Below are positions 1 through 12,182 of a stretch of DNA of 64,000 nucleotides, one piece after another. This stretch comes from Tricharina praecox (lineage: Eukaryota): positions 1,116,001 to 1,180,000 of the forward strand of contig NW_026250409.1 in the NCBI RefSeq assembly GCF_024521635.1. The letters run 5' to 3'. The translations under genes were made by a program, and so were the position numbers. Below the pieces are notes generated by a model. The model had not been told where the DNA came from. It saw only the letters and a list, made by a program, of their open reading frames with translations, and searched no databases. Numbering within the stretch: the first letter of the stretch is position 1; each line of letters opens with the position of its first letter.

Positions 1-75
1 CGATGTCTCAACTTGGCATTAGGCACGTGCCAGTGTGTACAGACCAATAAAGTAGACTGCTTACTTGGATACACA

Positions 76-239
76 ACGCGCAGATGTTCGCGTTAATTAG
101 CACCATCCCTCGCGATAGCCCTCAACACAATACAAAGACCACCCACAGCACTCGGCGAGCCTACTCACCTGTGTCGCCTGTACGATCGATGATACCGTCA
201 CTATTCTCGATATTTCCCCATCGATAGCACCTCACGCGT
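76..239 (+). promoter_or_regulatory. MCB/SCB-like elements upstream of the Sld7-like gene
   Basis: ACGCG at 76-80, TTCGCGT (reverse complement ACGCGAA) at 87-93 and a perfect ACGCGT at 234-239, just upstream of a putative replication-initiation gene; MBF control is inferred. Confidence 0.4.
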
Positions 240-246
240 CTAAGTC

Positions 247-1687
247 ATGGATATCTGGAAGGGATCTGTAGATGTTCCCTGTGTCGGCGGCGCGACCCGC
301 ACCCTTGAGAGTATACTGAATGGAGCTCATAAACTGGAGCGTCCGCTGATGTACTCCAGACCTCTGCCTGTCTACAGACCCAAATACGCCTTCACCCACA
401 ACCTGGGTTACGAACCACCTCCGGGACCACATCTCGAACAGCAGCTTCTCCTTCCTCTCGTACCTCCCACCGTCACGTATCCCACTCTTCCTTGCCGCCG
501 GGCCATCGCTACAAGTAGCCACCACATCTCCAGCAACATGTGATTTCTTCCGGAAGCTATTCCTGTCGGCGCTACCCAGAGCAGATGTGGAGGAGGAGAC
601 CACCGAGCAGTCGCGCATCGCGCTTCTCCTGCAGGTGCACGCCAACCCAACCGACAGCCTTGACGAGGTGAATCCTGGGGACTGGGGGATTACCGAAATC
701 CTCATCTACGGCGCGATGACGTATACTACCCCTCCCTCGGAGGACTCTGCAACAACACCACCCCACTCCTCGCCAGATCTCCCACCGGTCCCCATCGTCT
801 CGGTACATGCGCTCCCGCTATCCTCGCGCCACAACTTCGCCGCATACATCCAGGTGAAGGCTGAGCCGGACCAGGAGGATGCAAGGTACATCGCGCCGAA
901 TCCGCAGGATGTGCTCAATCCGTTTATTTCGCGCTCGACGAAGAAGCGGCGTGCAGATGCGCTCGACAGAGTCGTCGATAAGAAGGTGAAGAGACATAAG
1001 TCCGATGATGGGGTGATGGGTGATGGGCGGAACGCGTTGGGAGGGAGAAATAATAATGCCGGGAGTCTCCCATCGCCGACGGAGGAGTTGCCGGACCTTA
1101 CGGGACCCCTCGTAACCAAGAAGCGGAAGTCGCTGGCCAGTATGGGGGAATTTCAGGCGCAGCCGAAGGGGTTCCAGCGCGCAAATAGCATGTTTAACCT
1201 TTCGGATCGCAAGCCCGCCGCTCTTGTCCCGAGACCACGCTCCTCGTCATCCCGATTGGTCGAGAAGAACCTGATCAAGAAAGAGCCGGATGCGGTTGAG
1301 CGGTCCGAAATTGAGAGCAAGAACCGCGATCTACTCAATAAGATCGTGTTGGAGGAAATGAGGCGGCGCGGGTTGAAGGACTACCGGAAAGACAAGGATC
1401 AACGGGCCAAGTCCATTATGCCCGCCGGGGAAGAAGTAGTGGAAGTTGCTGTTCTAGATGAAGAGAAGGAGCAGTGGAGAAAGTGGGAGGCTGAGAGAGA
1501 AGAGTATAAAGGTGTTTTTCATCATACTGTCAAAGCTGCCGTGTTTGCGCTGCGGCACGATGGGTTCAGTGAGGTCATAATAGTGGCGGAGAGGATGAGG
1601 CGGGCTGCTGATCTTTTGCTCAGCGTGTTTTTGGGTGATAGGAAGGAGGACGCTGTCGATGTGGTGAGACAGCCGGTTGAAGGATAG
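247..1687 (+). CDS. SLD7: Sld7-like replication initiation protein, join(247..310,360..1687)
   Basis: GTATAC..CTGAT..CAG intron 311-359 joins ORF 247 to the frame of ORF 587. N-terminal MDIWKG and RIPLFLAAGPSL; C-terminal ESKNRDLLNKIVLEEMRRRGL..EEYKGVFHHTVKAAVFALR resembles the fungal Sld7 C-terminal domain (from memory). Confidence 0.65.
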
Positions 1688-1973
1688 GCTGTACTCTCTA
1701 TCCTGTTGGAGCGTTATGGGTGTAATTGTAGGGCGGTGTTTTGGTTTTCCTTTATTCACACGGCATTCTATGGTGATGAATTTATTTTGGCGTCTATACT
1801 CGGGTTCACTTTTTGTATATAGCAATACCAATGTCTATATCTCGCATTCACATACCTCTTACCCCTCCATCGCTACGATGCATGTTCATAATCTCTCGCT
1901 CGTTGTTTAGGGTTACCAGCAACCTCAAACACCAGCGGCTCTCATAAACGTTTCATCTCTGTCGTCCGCCGTT

Positions 1974-4755
1974 ATGAGACTATCATTCATAAGCATTGGC
2001 CGGCGCGGTCTGCTTCCACCCCGTTCAATCCACCTGTCGTCTCCCGCGCGGACGCCGCTCTTCCACCACCGCCACGCGTCCACATACCCCGCCTTCTCCG
2101 AAATCGACAGCAAATGGCGCTCGCACCTTCGGTCGACGACTCCCAGCACCTCCGCGCACAAGAAAGATGAGAAATTCTACATCCTCTCGATGTTCCCGTA
2201 CCCCTCGGGGAGTCTGCACATGGGACACCTACGGGTCTACACGATCTCGGACGTGCTCAGTCGGTTCCGGCGAATGCAGGGGTACGAGGTGATCCATCCG
2301 ATGGGTTGGGATGCGTTCGGGCTGCCGGCGGAGAACGCGGCTATCGAGCGCGGCGTCGACGCAAAGGACTGGACGGCGATGAATATCGAGGCGATGAAAG
2401 AGCAGTTTGAGAACATGGGCGTGGCGTTTGATTGGGAGAGGGTGTGTATGCCATTCGTCCGGGAGTGTGGTGCTGGTGCTGGTGGGGTGGGGTGGATGCT
2501 GAAGTGGTGGGGTAATGCTACAGGAGGTCACGACTTGCTCGCCAGATTATTACGCGCACACTCAGCGTCTGTTTCTACACCTGCTAAAGCATAACCTTGC
2601 GTACCGCGCGAGCTCGGCGGTGAATTGGGATCCGGTGGATGAGACCGTGCTTGCGAACGAGCAAGTGTCGCCTTCGGGACACTCCTGGCGCTCTGGGGCG
2701 CTGGTGGAGAAGAAGGAGCTGGAGCAGTGGTTCTTCCGGATTACGGCGTTCAAGGAGCAGCTGTTGGAGGATCTGGAGTCGCTGAAGGATACCTGGCCGG
2801 AGAGGGTGCGAACTATGCAGAAGAATTGGATCGGGAAGTCAGTAGGCTCGAAGGTACGGTTTCCCGTTGGGAGTGAGAGCGACATGGTGGAGGTGTTTAC
2901 CACCAGACTGGATACATTGCTAGGTGTGCAGTATCTGGCGCTGTCGATGTCGCATCCTCTCGTGCGTCGATTGGCTGAGACGAACGGGGATCTGAGGCGT
3001 TTCATCGACGATTCCAAGACGAGACGGAGCGAGGAGGACGTGAAGTCGAAGCGAGGCTTCCGTCTAGACAGCGTGATGGCTACTAATCCCTTGGATCCAG
3101 GTGCTCGCTTGCCTATATTTGTGGCGGATTATGTCCTGGACGGGTACGGCGAAGGTGCCGTCATGGGAGTTCCCGGGCACGACATACGGGATCACGCGTT
3201 TTGGCGGGAGAACTGTCCGGGCGAGGAAATTAGAACTGTGGTCAAGCCTTCGTCATTGAAGGAAACTGACAATGAAATCTTTACAGACCGTGGTGTGCTC
3301 ACCTGTGGAGAGTATAAAGGCCTCACTTCGGCGGAAGCACACCAGGCGTTCCTTGAGAAGCTGGGGAGTGAGTGGGCAGAGGAAACTACGCAATGGCGTC
3401 TGAGGGATTGGCTTGTTTCTCGCCAACGGTATTGGGGGACGCCGATCCCCATTATCCACTGTTCTTCTTGTGGTACTATTCCAGTGCCGGAAAAAGATCT
3501 GCCGGTCATCCTCCCCGAAGGTATCAGCATCCGCGGCCGTGGCGGTTCTCCTCTCGCAAAAGCCGAGGAATGGGTCAACGTAGCCTGTCCATCCTGTGGC
3601 GAGCCAGCAAAGCGGGATACAGACACTATGGATACTTTTATCGACAGCAGCTGGTACTGGGCTCGCTACATTGATCCGAAGAACCCCAACCAGCTCTTCG
3701 ATGCAGAAAAGGCAGACAAGCTGCTTCCCGTAGACCTATATGTCGGCGGTGTGGAACACGCAATCCTCCACCTCCTGTACTCTCGCTTCATCGCCAAGTT
3801 CCTTGCTGGCCCCGCCGGCCTCTGGCCAAATCCATCCAACACAACCGCGGAACCTTTCAAGAAGCTGGTAACACAAGGCATGGTTCACGGACTCACGTAC
3901 ACTGACCCCATCACCGGTCGCTTCCTCAAGCCCGACGAACTCACCTATGAAACCCCTTCCCAGCCGAAAATCACCGCCACAGGCGCAACTCCGAACAAAA
4001 GCTACGAAAAAATGAGCAAGAGCAAATACAACGGTGTAGATCCGCTCACATGCATCGCCACGCACGGCGCGGACGCCACCCGCGCACACGTCCTCTTCGC
4101 AGCACCCGTCGCCGACGTACTGAACTGGGACGAGGACAAGATCATTGGTGTGCGGCGTTTCCTCCTCCGCGTGCTCAAGCGCGCAGACACCTGTACATTC
4201 GTCGATGCCCCCACGCCAACACAGCTACCAGAAATCACCACCCCGCAAGAGCGGAAACTCTGGAAGGTTCTCAACAACGCCGTCCACTCCGTGACTGAGG
4301 CGTTCTCGGATACGCTCGCTATGAATACGACAATCAGCGACCTAATGAAACTGGAAAATACCATTGAGGCGGAGAGCAAGAACTGCTCTGCTGCTGTGGT
4401 GTATGCCGCTACTCAGATTATGCTGCGGTTACTCGGCCCAATCACTCCTGCGGTGGCGGAGGAGGCGTGGGAAATGTTGCATCGCGGAACGAGGTTAGAG
4501 GGGATTAGAGTCTCGGAGCAGCCATGGCCGCAGGTGGATGAGAGGGTTTTTGAGGAGGAGGATGTGACGGATGTTGCGGTTGCAGTTAATGGCAAGGTTA
4601 GGATAAGAGTGAAAGTGGAGGGGAAGGTGGACGAAGATGTGGTGAGGGAGATGGTGCAGGGCAAGAAGGAGTGGGAGAAGTGGGCGAGTGGGAAGGAGGT
4701 TGTTAGGGTGATAGTCGGCAAGGGGGGAAAGTTGGTGAATTTTGTAGTTAGGTAG
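1974..4755 (+). CDS. NAM2: Mitochondrial leucyl-tRNA synthetase, join(1974..2441,2524..4755)
   Basis: [13 protein letters not shown] (HIGH motif), [54 protein letters not shown]; Arg/Ser-rich N-terminal presequence; one GT-AG intron. Confidence 0.96.
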
Positions 4756-4858
4756 ATGGATTCTCCGCATCAATAAAAAGCTTTTGGGGGTAGGTCGACA
4801 GTGACACCACAAAGCACAACAAGAATGAAGCTGGTATCAAAAGATAAAAGATGATGAT

Positions 4859-4938
4859 TGATTCAGCCGGGATTTGAACCCGGGTCGGGCGCATGTTGCC
4901 AGTGGCAAGCGCCCATGATACCCCTACACTACTGAATC
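4859..4938 (-). tRNA. tRNA-Gly(GCC) with 9-nt intron (4894-4902)
   Basis: Minus strand reads GATTCAG TA GTGTAGGGGTATCAT G GGCGC TT-GCC-A [CTGGCAACA] T GCGCC CGAC CCGGG TTCAAAT CCCGG CTGAATC A: complete cloverleaf, A/B boxes, intron after position 37 complementary to the anticodon loop, downstream T4 run. Confidence 0.85.
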
Positions 4939-6336
4939 ATGTGATGACTGGTGCATTGAAGCCATTATTTTACCCTGTTAGTCTCGCCATTATCGACCGT
5001 TAGTATTGTCCGGCCGCCCTCCACAGGCTACAACATTCGATCTGGTCCAAGAATGTTTGGGTTCTCTATCATTCTTACATTATGTTGGTGGACCACGTCT
5101 GATGACTTCGACCGGCAAAGGTGTATCATCATACGCGAACATAGAACCCCCCACCACCAATCAAGACATAAACCGCGCACAATAAACATCGAAACAAGCC
5201 CGCCAAAGGGAGGTTGGAAGCGAGTGAAAAAGTCAAAGTGAATGACCGTGAGGGATGCTGGATGGCGAAGGAGATCTCCAACGGGAGACATGGTAGTATC
5301 TACGGTATGCGGGTTGGGATATGCCGCCAGTGTCTCCATGTTCTCCGCTAACCTCATGCACATCGATATCCTTCTCATGGCAGCTCGAAAGACTACCAAT
5401 AACAGAACCACTACAATGGTCCGTGGAAAGTGGTGAAACAATCCAACACATAAAAATCTTCTGGAACGCATCGGCTCGGCTCGGCTCTCATCGTACGAAA
5501 AATTCACTCCGTATGGACCGCGGATCCTCCCCATTTATGACACAATCCGTGCTTATCTGACGGCCGAGTTCGGGCTGTGGGGTAGCGTGTCAAGTATAAT
5601 TCCCCAGGAGCAAACATATTGATTGTGACCATCAATACTCTACTAACCACAAAAAGCCTGCCAAGATCCTACCTTTTTTTATCCGCTATCGGCCTATTGT
5701 AGAGTTCAGGGGACGGCTCGGGGTGTTGATTACGTTCGGCACGACCACACGACCCTGCGAGCCTAACCCCGAGGTCGAACAAGCTATTTCGATATGTTTT
5801 ATCCGGGCGGGCGGGGGCTCATTACTCTATCAGTTGGAGTACACTATACTTCTCGTTCTATCGAATGACCAGTTCACTCGTCTCCACTCGCATCGTTATG
5901 TCAACCCAGCAAATGGACCGACTAACCTCAAGGCTAAAGGATCATTTCACCCACTGGCTCAGCTCCCACCTCCGTTTCCGTTCCGTAACTGATCCCCAAT
6001 ACAGGTAGACACTCACAGTATTCCATCAGTGTCTGTCTGATGTCGGCCGAACGCGAGTGTACGGGAATGGTCCGGTATGTTCGGCCTGAACGGACTCCCG
6101 GTCTCGGGTGTTTCGGCCTGTCTCAAGTCCATCGCTCGGGCCGAGTGGGAGGTAGCGAATATATTGGGTTTGCTTTTCTTGCCTCGGTGTTTTCATGGTG
6201 AATCTAATCAAGACTAATAGATTACCGAACTTTATTCGGCTGCACCCCAGATTCCGTGAGTTTCTTCCGGCGTAGCGACGGGTGGTGATTCTGTTATCAA
6301 AGTTGATTGAACTGGCGGTTCGGTTGCTGGCGGTCA

Positions 6337-6351
6337 AATTGATTGGTTTCA
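6337..6351 (+). promoter_or_regulatory. Conserved 15-mer AATTGATTGGTTTCA (inverted CCAAT box), copy 1 of 3
   Basis: Identical at 6337, 8287 and 10233, about 280-360 nt upstream of the three plus-strand CFEM genes of cluster 1. Confidence 0.55.
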
Positions 6352-6644
6352 ACTATGTACTCTGTGGCCGCGGCGTCCAGTGGCGAAACGCTTCTCGACC
6401 TGGAAGCAATGTCGATGATCGGGACACTTATGTACCTACTATTGTGTGGAGGTGGAAAGCAACAAAGTGAGAAGAGACCAAACAACAGCCCAAAGAAGCC
6501 GCACATAAATACCGCCTCTTCGTACCTGTCTCTTATAATTTCCAGATCACACAGCTCACTCATACTCACTCACACATCCACATTCACTCACTTCAATCAT
6601 ACATTCACTTCTTCTTTTTTAAGAACCAACCAACCAACTTCATC

Positions 6645-7114
6645 ATGCTTTACTTCCAGATCATCATTGCTACTCTCGCTGCGGTCGCCGCCGCCATTCC
6701 GAGCCCTCAGGCCAGCTCCACCGCCGTTCCCAGCCCCGAGGCCAGTTCCGCCCCCACTGGTCCTCCGGCCGGCATGCCGGAGATCCCCCAGTGGTATATA
6801 CCTCCATCTCACTCAAGCTTTCAAGAAGTACCCAACTAACCAATCCCAGCCTCTCTGACTGCTTTCTTCCCGCCATTAAGAAGACCGAGTGCAAGATGGG
6901 AGGTAAGTCACTACGTACCTCAGTCTTTCCCATACGTGGCCGCTAATAGACAATAGAGGGACCTACTTGCCTCTGCGCGGACGAGGAATTCACTAGTGGC
7001 ATGCTGAGCTGTGTCACCAGTGGATGCGAGGATAAGACAGTTATCGCCAAATTCACCGAGATGTCGGCCAAGGGTTGCGAGAAGTATGGAGGCGGAAAGC
7101 CCGCCGGGTTCTAA
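6645..7114 (+). CDS. Small secreted CFEM-like protein A (119 aa), join(6645..6793,6850..6902,6957..7114)
   Basis: Signal peptide MLYFQIIIATLAAVAAA, S/A/P linker, then PQCLSDCFLPAIKKTECKMGEGPTCLCADEEFTSGMLSCVTSGCEDKTVIAKFTEMSAKGCEKY (8 Cys in CFEM spacing); both introns canonical with CTAAC/CTAAT branch sites. Confidence 0.85.
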
Positions 7115-7637
7115 ACTGGTGGTGATGCTTGGGGGCTACAAGGGCTGCTGGTTGGTCTCTTGGTTTTTGTTTGGGGTGTGGACGGATTGTGTTAGGAATT
7201 GGAATGAAGTGGAAAAAACCCGCCGTGGGATTCTTTTGTTGACCCGAAAAATCATTGTTTCTCGTGTCGGACATCCCAACCACCTGTGATATGTGTTAAC
7301 TCGAGCCACCATTCCGTACTCTACACCAGTTGAATGCTTCTTTTAATTTGGAGTAAAAGAATGGAGCAGGCTTCCCCACACCGAATTGACCGTCTGGACT
7401 ACAGACTAACTCGGGGCATCGTTTCACTACGCCACAGGTCCACAGCTCCCAGCTTTGAACTTTGAAGATCAGGGCTCTATGTATTGTAGTCGCCAATTAC
7501 AATGTGTGCCATTGTCTTTGGTGCCAGCGGCACGGAAACACCCCCAACGGGGGAGAGAGAAAATCAACTCATTTCACATCTGGCCTGTCTAGACTATGGC
7601 GAACACCTGCCTAACTTAAAAGTAACGGAGAATGGTC

Positions 7638-7914
7638 TGTGGATTGTCATGTGTTTGTTTCATCTATCCTTCATGGTTATCACTCATTTGTTTCATTCCT
7701 TTGTCACATGTTTGCTCTTCCTACTTGGCCGACTTGTGACTTGCTCATTATCTCATTTTCTAGTCATACTGTTTGCTCTCTTGTTTCTACACGATTAGGA
7801 TCTTTTGTTTTGGCACGTATAAAAGGGCCTGATCCTGTCCGCATAGCTAGACTCCATCTCAGACATCTATTCAGTTGAATATTATCCTGCATCTCAACCA
7901 CCAAAACTTCAACA
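7638..7914 (+). mobile_element. Candidate degenerate solo LTR (about 277 bp)
   Basis: T-rich block that starts TGTGGA, ends TTCAACA and contains TATAAAAG; flanking 5-mers TGGTC/TGAGC match only 3 of 5. Confidence 0.3.
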
Positions 7915-8286
7915 TGAGCGATCAGTGGATATCCGAGCTACCAACCATGAGTCTGTCATCCGCAGGGAGTGGGGGCTGCTCGCGTAGATCCGAGAATTTA
8001 TCTCTTGAAACAAGGTTTCTCGGGATTGGCTACCATGTGTTTCGCAAGGCAATACCGGAGATCTGAGCGGCAGGGGTGATGTCAGATATAAACTACGGTC
8101 AGCCCTGGCCGTGGTGGGGGGTTTTGGATTAAAGTTCTCATCATTCGCCCACACGGTGATCAACATAGCTTGGTTTGACGGATAAGTTAACTCCCGGAAT
8201 CTCATGGATATGGGACCATGTATACCCAGGAGAGCGGTGCTTGCGGGGTTTTTGCAGAAACACTGCGGTCATCGTCCAAAGCCGAA

Positions 8287-8301
8287 AATTGATTGGTTTC
8301 A
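8287..8301 (+). promoter_or_regulatory. Conserved 15-mer AATTGATTGGTTTCA, copy 2
   Basis: Exact match to the copies at 6337 and 10233. Confidence 0.55.
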
Positions 8302-8644
8302 CCTACCTAATCTGTGCCAAACGGGCCGAGCTGTGAACCGGGATACGTCCTAGCTACTGGCTACGGCCCGAGGGCGATAGATGGCCGAGCCGAAGCCTGG
8401 AGATCTACGCTGATTGTTTTACGGTGGGCAATGACGATGTTGCGATTCATCATGGTGAAGAAAAGGGGCAATAGACTGTCTCGACTACTAATCCAGAGCG
8501 TATATATACCGCTATGATTCCTACCCATCAGCTTAATTCTTCATTCCACCATCGCAACACATTCACTCACTCTCACTTTACTCTCCTTCATTCTCACTTC
8601 CGAACTACCAACTTCAACTTCTTCTTCAAGAACCAGCTATCAAC

Positions 8645-9161
8645 ATGCTTCCCCAGCTTCTCATCATCGCCCTGGCCGCCGTTGCCACTGCTCTCCCGCA
8701 GGCGGCTACCCCCACCGAATCTGCTGTTGCTCCCAGCGGTTCTGCTACTGCTCCCACCGGTCCTCCCGCCGGCATACCTGAGGTTCCCGAGTGGTGTGTT
8801 CCTCACTCCCTCCCATTCAGCAGCCAAATAGCTAACCCAACCAGCCTCATTCCCTGCTTCCTCCCCGCCATCAAGGCGAGCACGTGCAAGATGGCCGATG
8901 GCCCCGGCTGTCTGTGCAAGGACGAGACGTTCACTTCCTCGCTGAAGGAGTGTGTGTCCACCAGCTGCAAGGTTAGTTATCTTGGCTCTTCTATTCTCCC
9001 CTCTCCTCACCGGGCGACTGTGAGTGCTGACTTTCTGGCGTGTGAAGGACGAGCCCGACGTCATCAAGAAGGCCGAGGAAATGGCGATCAAGGGATGTGC
9101 CAAGTTCACTGCTACCCCTTCTGCAGGCGCCAAGGCTGTATACGAGGGATGGAATATTTAG
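8645..9161 (+). CDS. Small secreted CFEM-like protein B (129 aa), join(8645..8793,8845..8971,9048..9161)
   Basis: MLPQLLIIALAAVATA signal; PECLIPCFLPAIKASTCKMADGPGCLCKDETFTSSLKECVSTSCKDEPDVIKKAEEMAIKGCAKFTATPSAGAKAVYEGWNI; canonical introns. Confidence 0.88.
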
Positions 9162-9471
9162 AGGTGAAAATAGCAAGAGAGAGAGAGGGGGGTGGCTGCT
9201 GGTTAGTCACTCGCCGAGTTGGTGGATGGTGGGGGTGGATGGATCGGGATTCAAGGTGTATTTACTCTACATATCAATCAAACCAATTTCCGAGTCGATT
9301 GGACTTTAAGAAGTATCATCCCGTGAGAAAAACATTGTCGCTCGAACACAAATGGAGATAAAAAGGGGGGAGGAAGATCGCATCCAATGGCGACTAAAAG
9401 GACCAAAATCCCCCATAGCAGCATGCAGGACAACACTTCTGGTCAGTTTTTTTTACATAGGACAGAGTGGT

Positions 9472-10513
9472 TCAGTCACATCCGAGCCTTTTATATGGAT
9501 AGACGGGCCCAGTCACGAACCGCTTCATGCACTCTTGTTTGTCCATCAATATGTGATCCCCACGACAATCACTGACGTGAACAATCCTCGCGATGGTTGC
9601 CTTTCCATCTAGGACTTCATGGACCTACTGTGATCGTCGAAATGCATGTACAGGGCGTTGTGAAGTACACACATTCATCAATATTCTCGGAGAGCGCGTG
9701 AGTGGTGCATACACGCCGTGATTCAGACCCAATCCATTCGTTCCACTTTTTTAGATGGTGCTCCCCCACCGCAAGCCGATGGTCACGGAGGGGCACTACC
9801 ACAGATTGACCAGGCGAGGCCATTCCTCGGAGCTTTGTTCTAAGTTTCTACCAAAACCCTACCACCACTGCAGCGGGATTTCGGCAATGGTATTCGGCAA
9901 TCTCGATAAGCAGCGGATTCCCCGTACTTAACGTTAAGACGAGGCGAGTAGCCAATCTATGTAATTGCTACGGTCTCCGTCAACATGGTTCCATCCACAA
10001 ACCGGGCCGGGGCCGAGACATGTAGAAATACTCAACCCCGGTTCTCGGGCCCGAGCCGAGACATGTAGAAACATTCACCCCCAGTTCCCGGGATCGGCTA
10101 TCGGCTTGGACACAGGGCGGCGGACATGAAACTCGAAACGTTCTCCTCGCCGACCTCGCCCGAGGTCACCGCCAGATAAACGTCAGTGGCGGCGGGGAGC
10201 GAGTCCGAGAGTCCGATGGATGATGGGTACGGAATTGATTGGTTTCATCTAATATGCGGAATCGTGGTGGAGAAATGCTTTCCGGTCGGCCGGAGGAGTT
10301 GGGGCGAATTGAAGGTGATGAACACGATGATGATAGCTGTGACATAGCTATGGCCATAGTCGGCCATAAATACCGCCATGATTCCCACTCATCAGCTTAA
10401 TTCTTCATCCCACCATCGCAACACACTCACTCACACTCACTTCACACTCACTTCCACTCTCACTTCCAAAGTACCAACTTCAACTTCTTCTTCAAGAACC
10501 AACAATCATCAAC
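9472..10513 (+). repeat. Upstream region of CFEM C; patchy inverted homolog of about 27018-28304
   Basis: TCAGTCACATC..CCGCTTCATGC..CTCTTGTTTGTCCATCA at 9472-9548 matches the reverse complement of about 28217-28304; further shared blocks include GATTCAGACCCAAT, GCCGAGACATG and GACCTCGCCCGAGGTC. Confidence 0.8.
10233..10247 (+). promoter_or_regulatory. Conserved 15-mer AATTGATTGGTTTCA, copy 3
   Basis: Exact match to the copies at 6337 and 8287. Confidence 0.55.
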
Positions 10514-11032
10514 ATGCTTCCCCAGCTTCTCATCATTGCCCTGGCCGCCGTTGCCACTGCCCTCCCGCAGGCTGCTACTCCCACCGAGTCTGCTGCTGCT
10601 CCCAGCGGTTCTGCCACTGCTCCCACCGGTCCTCCCGCCGGCATGCCTGAGGTTCCCGAGTGGTACGTTCCTCGCCCCCAGGGGTCCCATCCAGCAGCCA
10701 AATAGCTAACCCAACCAGCCTCATCTCCTGCTTCCTCCCCGCCATCAAGGCGAGCACGTGCAAGATGGCCGATGGCCCTGGCTGTCTGTGCACGGACGAG
10801 GCGTTCACTTCCTCGCTGCACGAGTGTGTGCCCACCAGCTGCAAGGTGAGCTTGACTCTTCCCTCCTCCTCTATCCTCTCCTCACCGGACGATTGTGAGT
10901 GCTGACTGGCGTGTGAAGGACGAGCCCGAGGTCGTCGCGAAAGCGAAGGAAATGGCGGCGAAGGGATGTGCCAAGTTCACTGCTACCCCTTCTGCGGGAG
11001 CCAAGGCTTCTTACAAGGGATGGAACATTTGA
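10514..11032 (+). CDS. Small secreted CFEM-like protein C (129 aa), join(10514..10662,10719..10845,10919..11032)
   Basis: Close tandem paralog of B: PECLISCFLPAIKASTCKMADGPGCLCTDEAFTSSLHECVPTSCKDEPEVVAKAKEMAAKGCAKF..YKGWNI; same intron positions. Confidence 0.88.
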
Positions 11033-12182
11033 GGCGAAATAGCGAGGGAGAGGAGGGTGGCTGCTGGCTGGTCATCTGGGAATTGTTAGACAGAGGATAA
11101 ACGGTGGATGGGAAAAACGCGGGATATGAATGAATACAAACTGTTTCTCGCACTCGTCGTTCGCAGCTTGACTGGACCTGTAGTGGCCGAAACTTACTTC
11201 CTTCTTCCCCTGGGTTCCTCCGGTGCAAACACCCTCCCGCGCCTCCCCACTGCTTGTCATTTCGTCGCTCGCGCGCACAGATCCCTGGAAACATCTCGAT
11301 ATCCAATCATGCAGCCCTCCATGCCCGTACTTTCGCGGCGATGGATGTAATTCCGGGATACAGGTAGTAGTGATAGAGGAAACACAGAGGGAGGGCGCGA
11401 CGATTGGTGGAGGCACGGTGGGTGGTGGATACACGTGATGCCGGCTCTAGATAGGTAAAAAGGCTTTTTTTGGCTCAGACAGAAAAACTTTACACGGTGA
11501 CATCAGTCACGGCAGTTTTCACGCGAGATTCAAGACAGAGGATCACGACCCGAAGACTCTGATTTCATTCCTCTTCGCCACGCATGCAGCCTAACGAAGA
11601 TGAAAAAAAAGCAGCCTGTCAGATTTCCATCGTCGCCCACCCTCGTTCCCACCCATCTTGCGATAGGTATGCGTAAACTCGGGTCGAGATCATCACCCAC
11701 CCGTACCGAAGGACCGGCAAAACAGGCTTCACTCTGGGGCAACGAGGATATCAATCATCGTCCAGGTTGGAGATTCTGTGGCTCTTGTAAAGAGTTCAGA
11801 TGAGACGATTTACTATAGAAATGATCCCTGAAATATGATGTTAGATAGATTCGAGAATGTAGTGAAGATAGGGGGTAACATACTATGAAGTAAAATCGCA
11901 TACTGTTCAAAGGACGGAGGGAGAGGTGAGTTATATAGGTGGGATTTGGCGCTAACGTGACGCTTGGCAGCGAGAATTTTAGCCGAGATAGGGTGTAGGG
12001 CACACTGCCCCAAGTCCATACGAATCATTTTCTGTGACGGACAGTGTCCCTCTCCGCTGCCTTCGGCTTCACCTGCACATCTTCACCTTCACACAACTAC
12101 ACAACCATCCGTCAATCACACAATCGCACATCACACCCAACTTCGCCCCGTACAATATCCACTCCTATATCAATTGACAAAA

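Noticed and set aside
5000..5720. Possible gene remnant with an intron-like GTATGC..CTAAC..CAG at about 5305-5383
   Set aside because: No coherent ORF or recognisable protein motif could be assembled.
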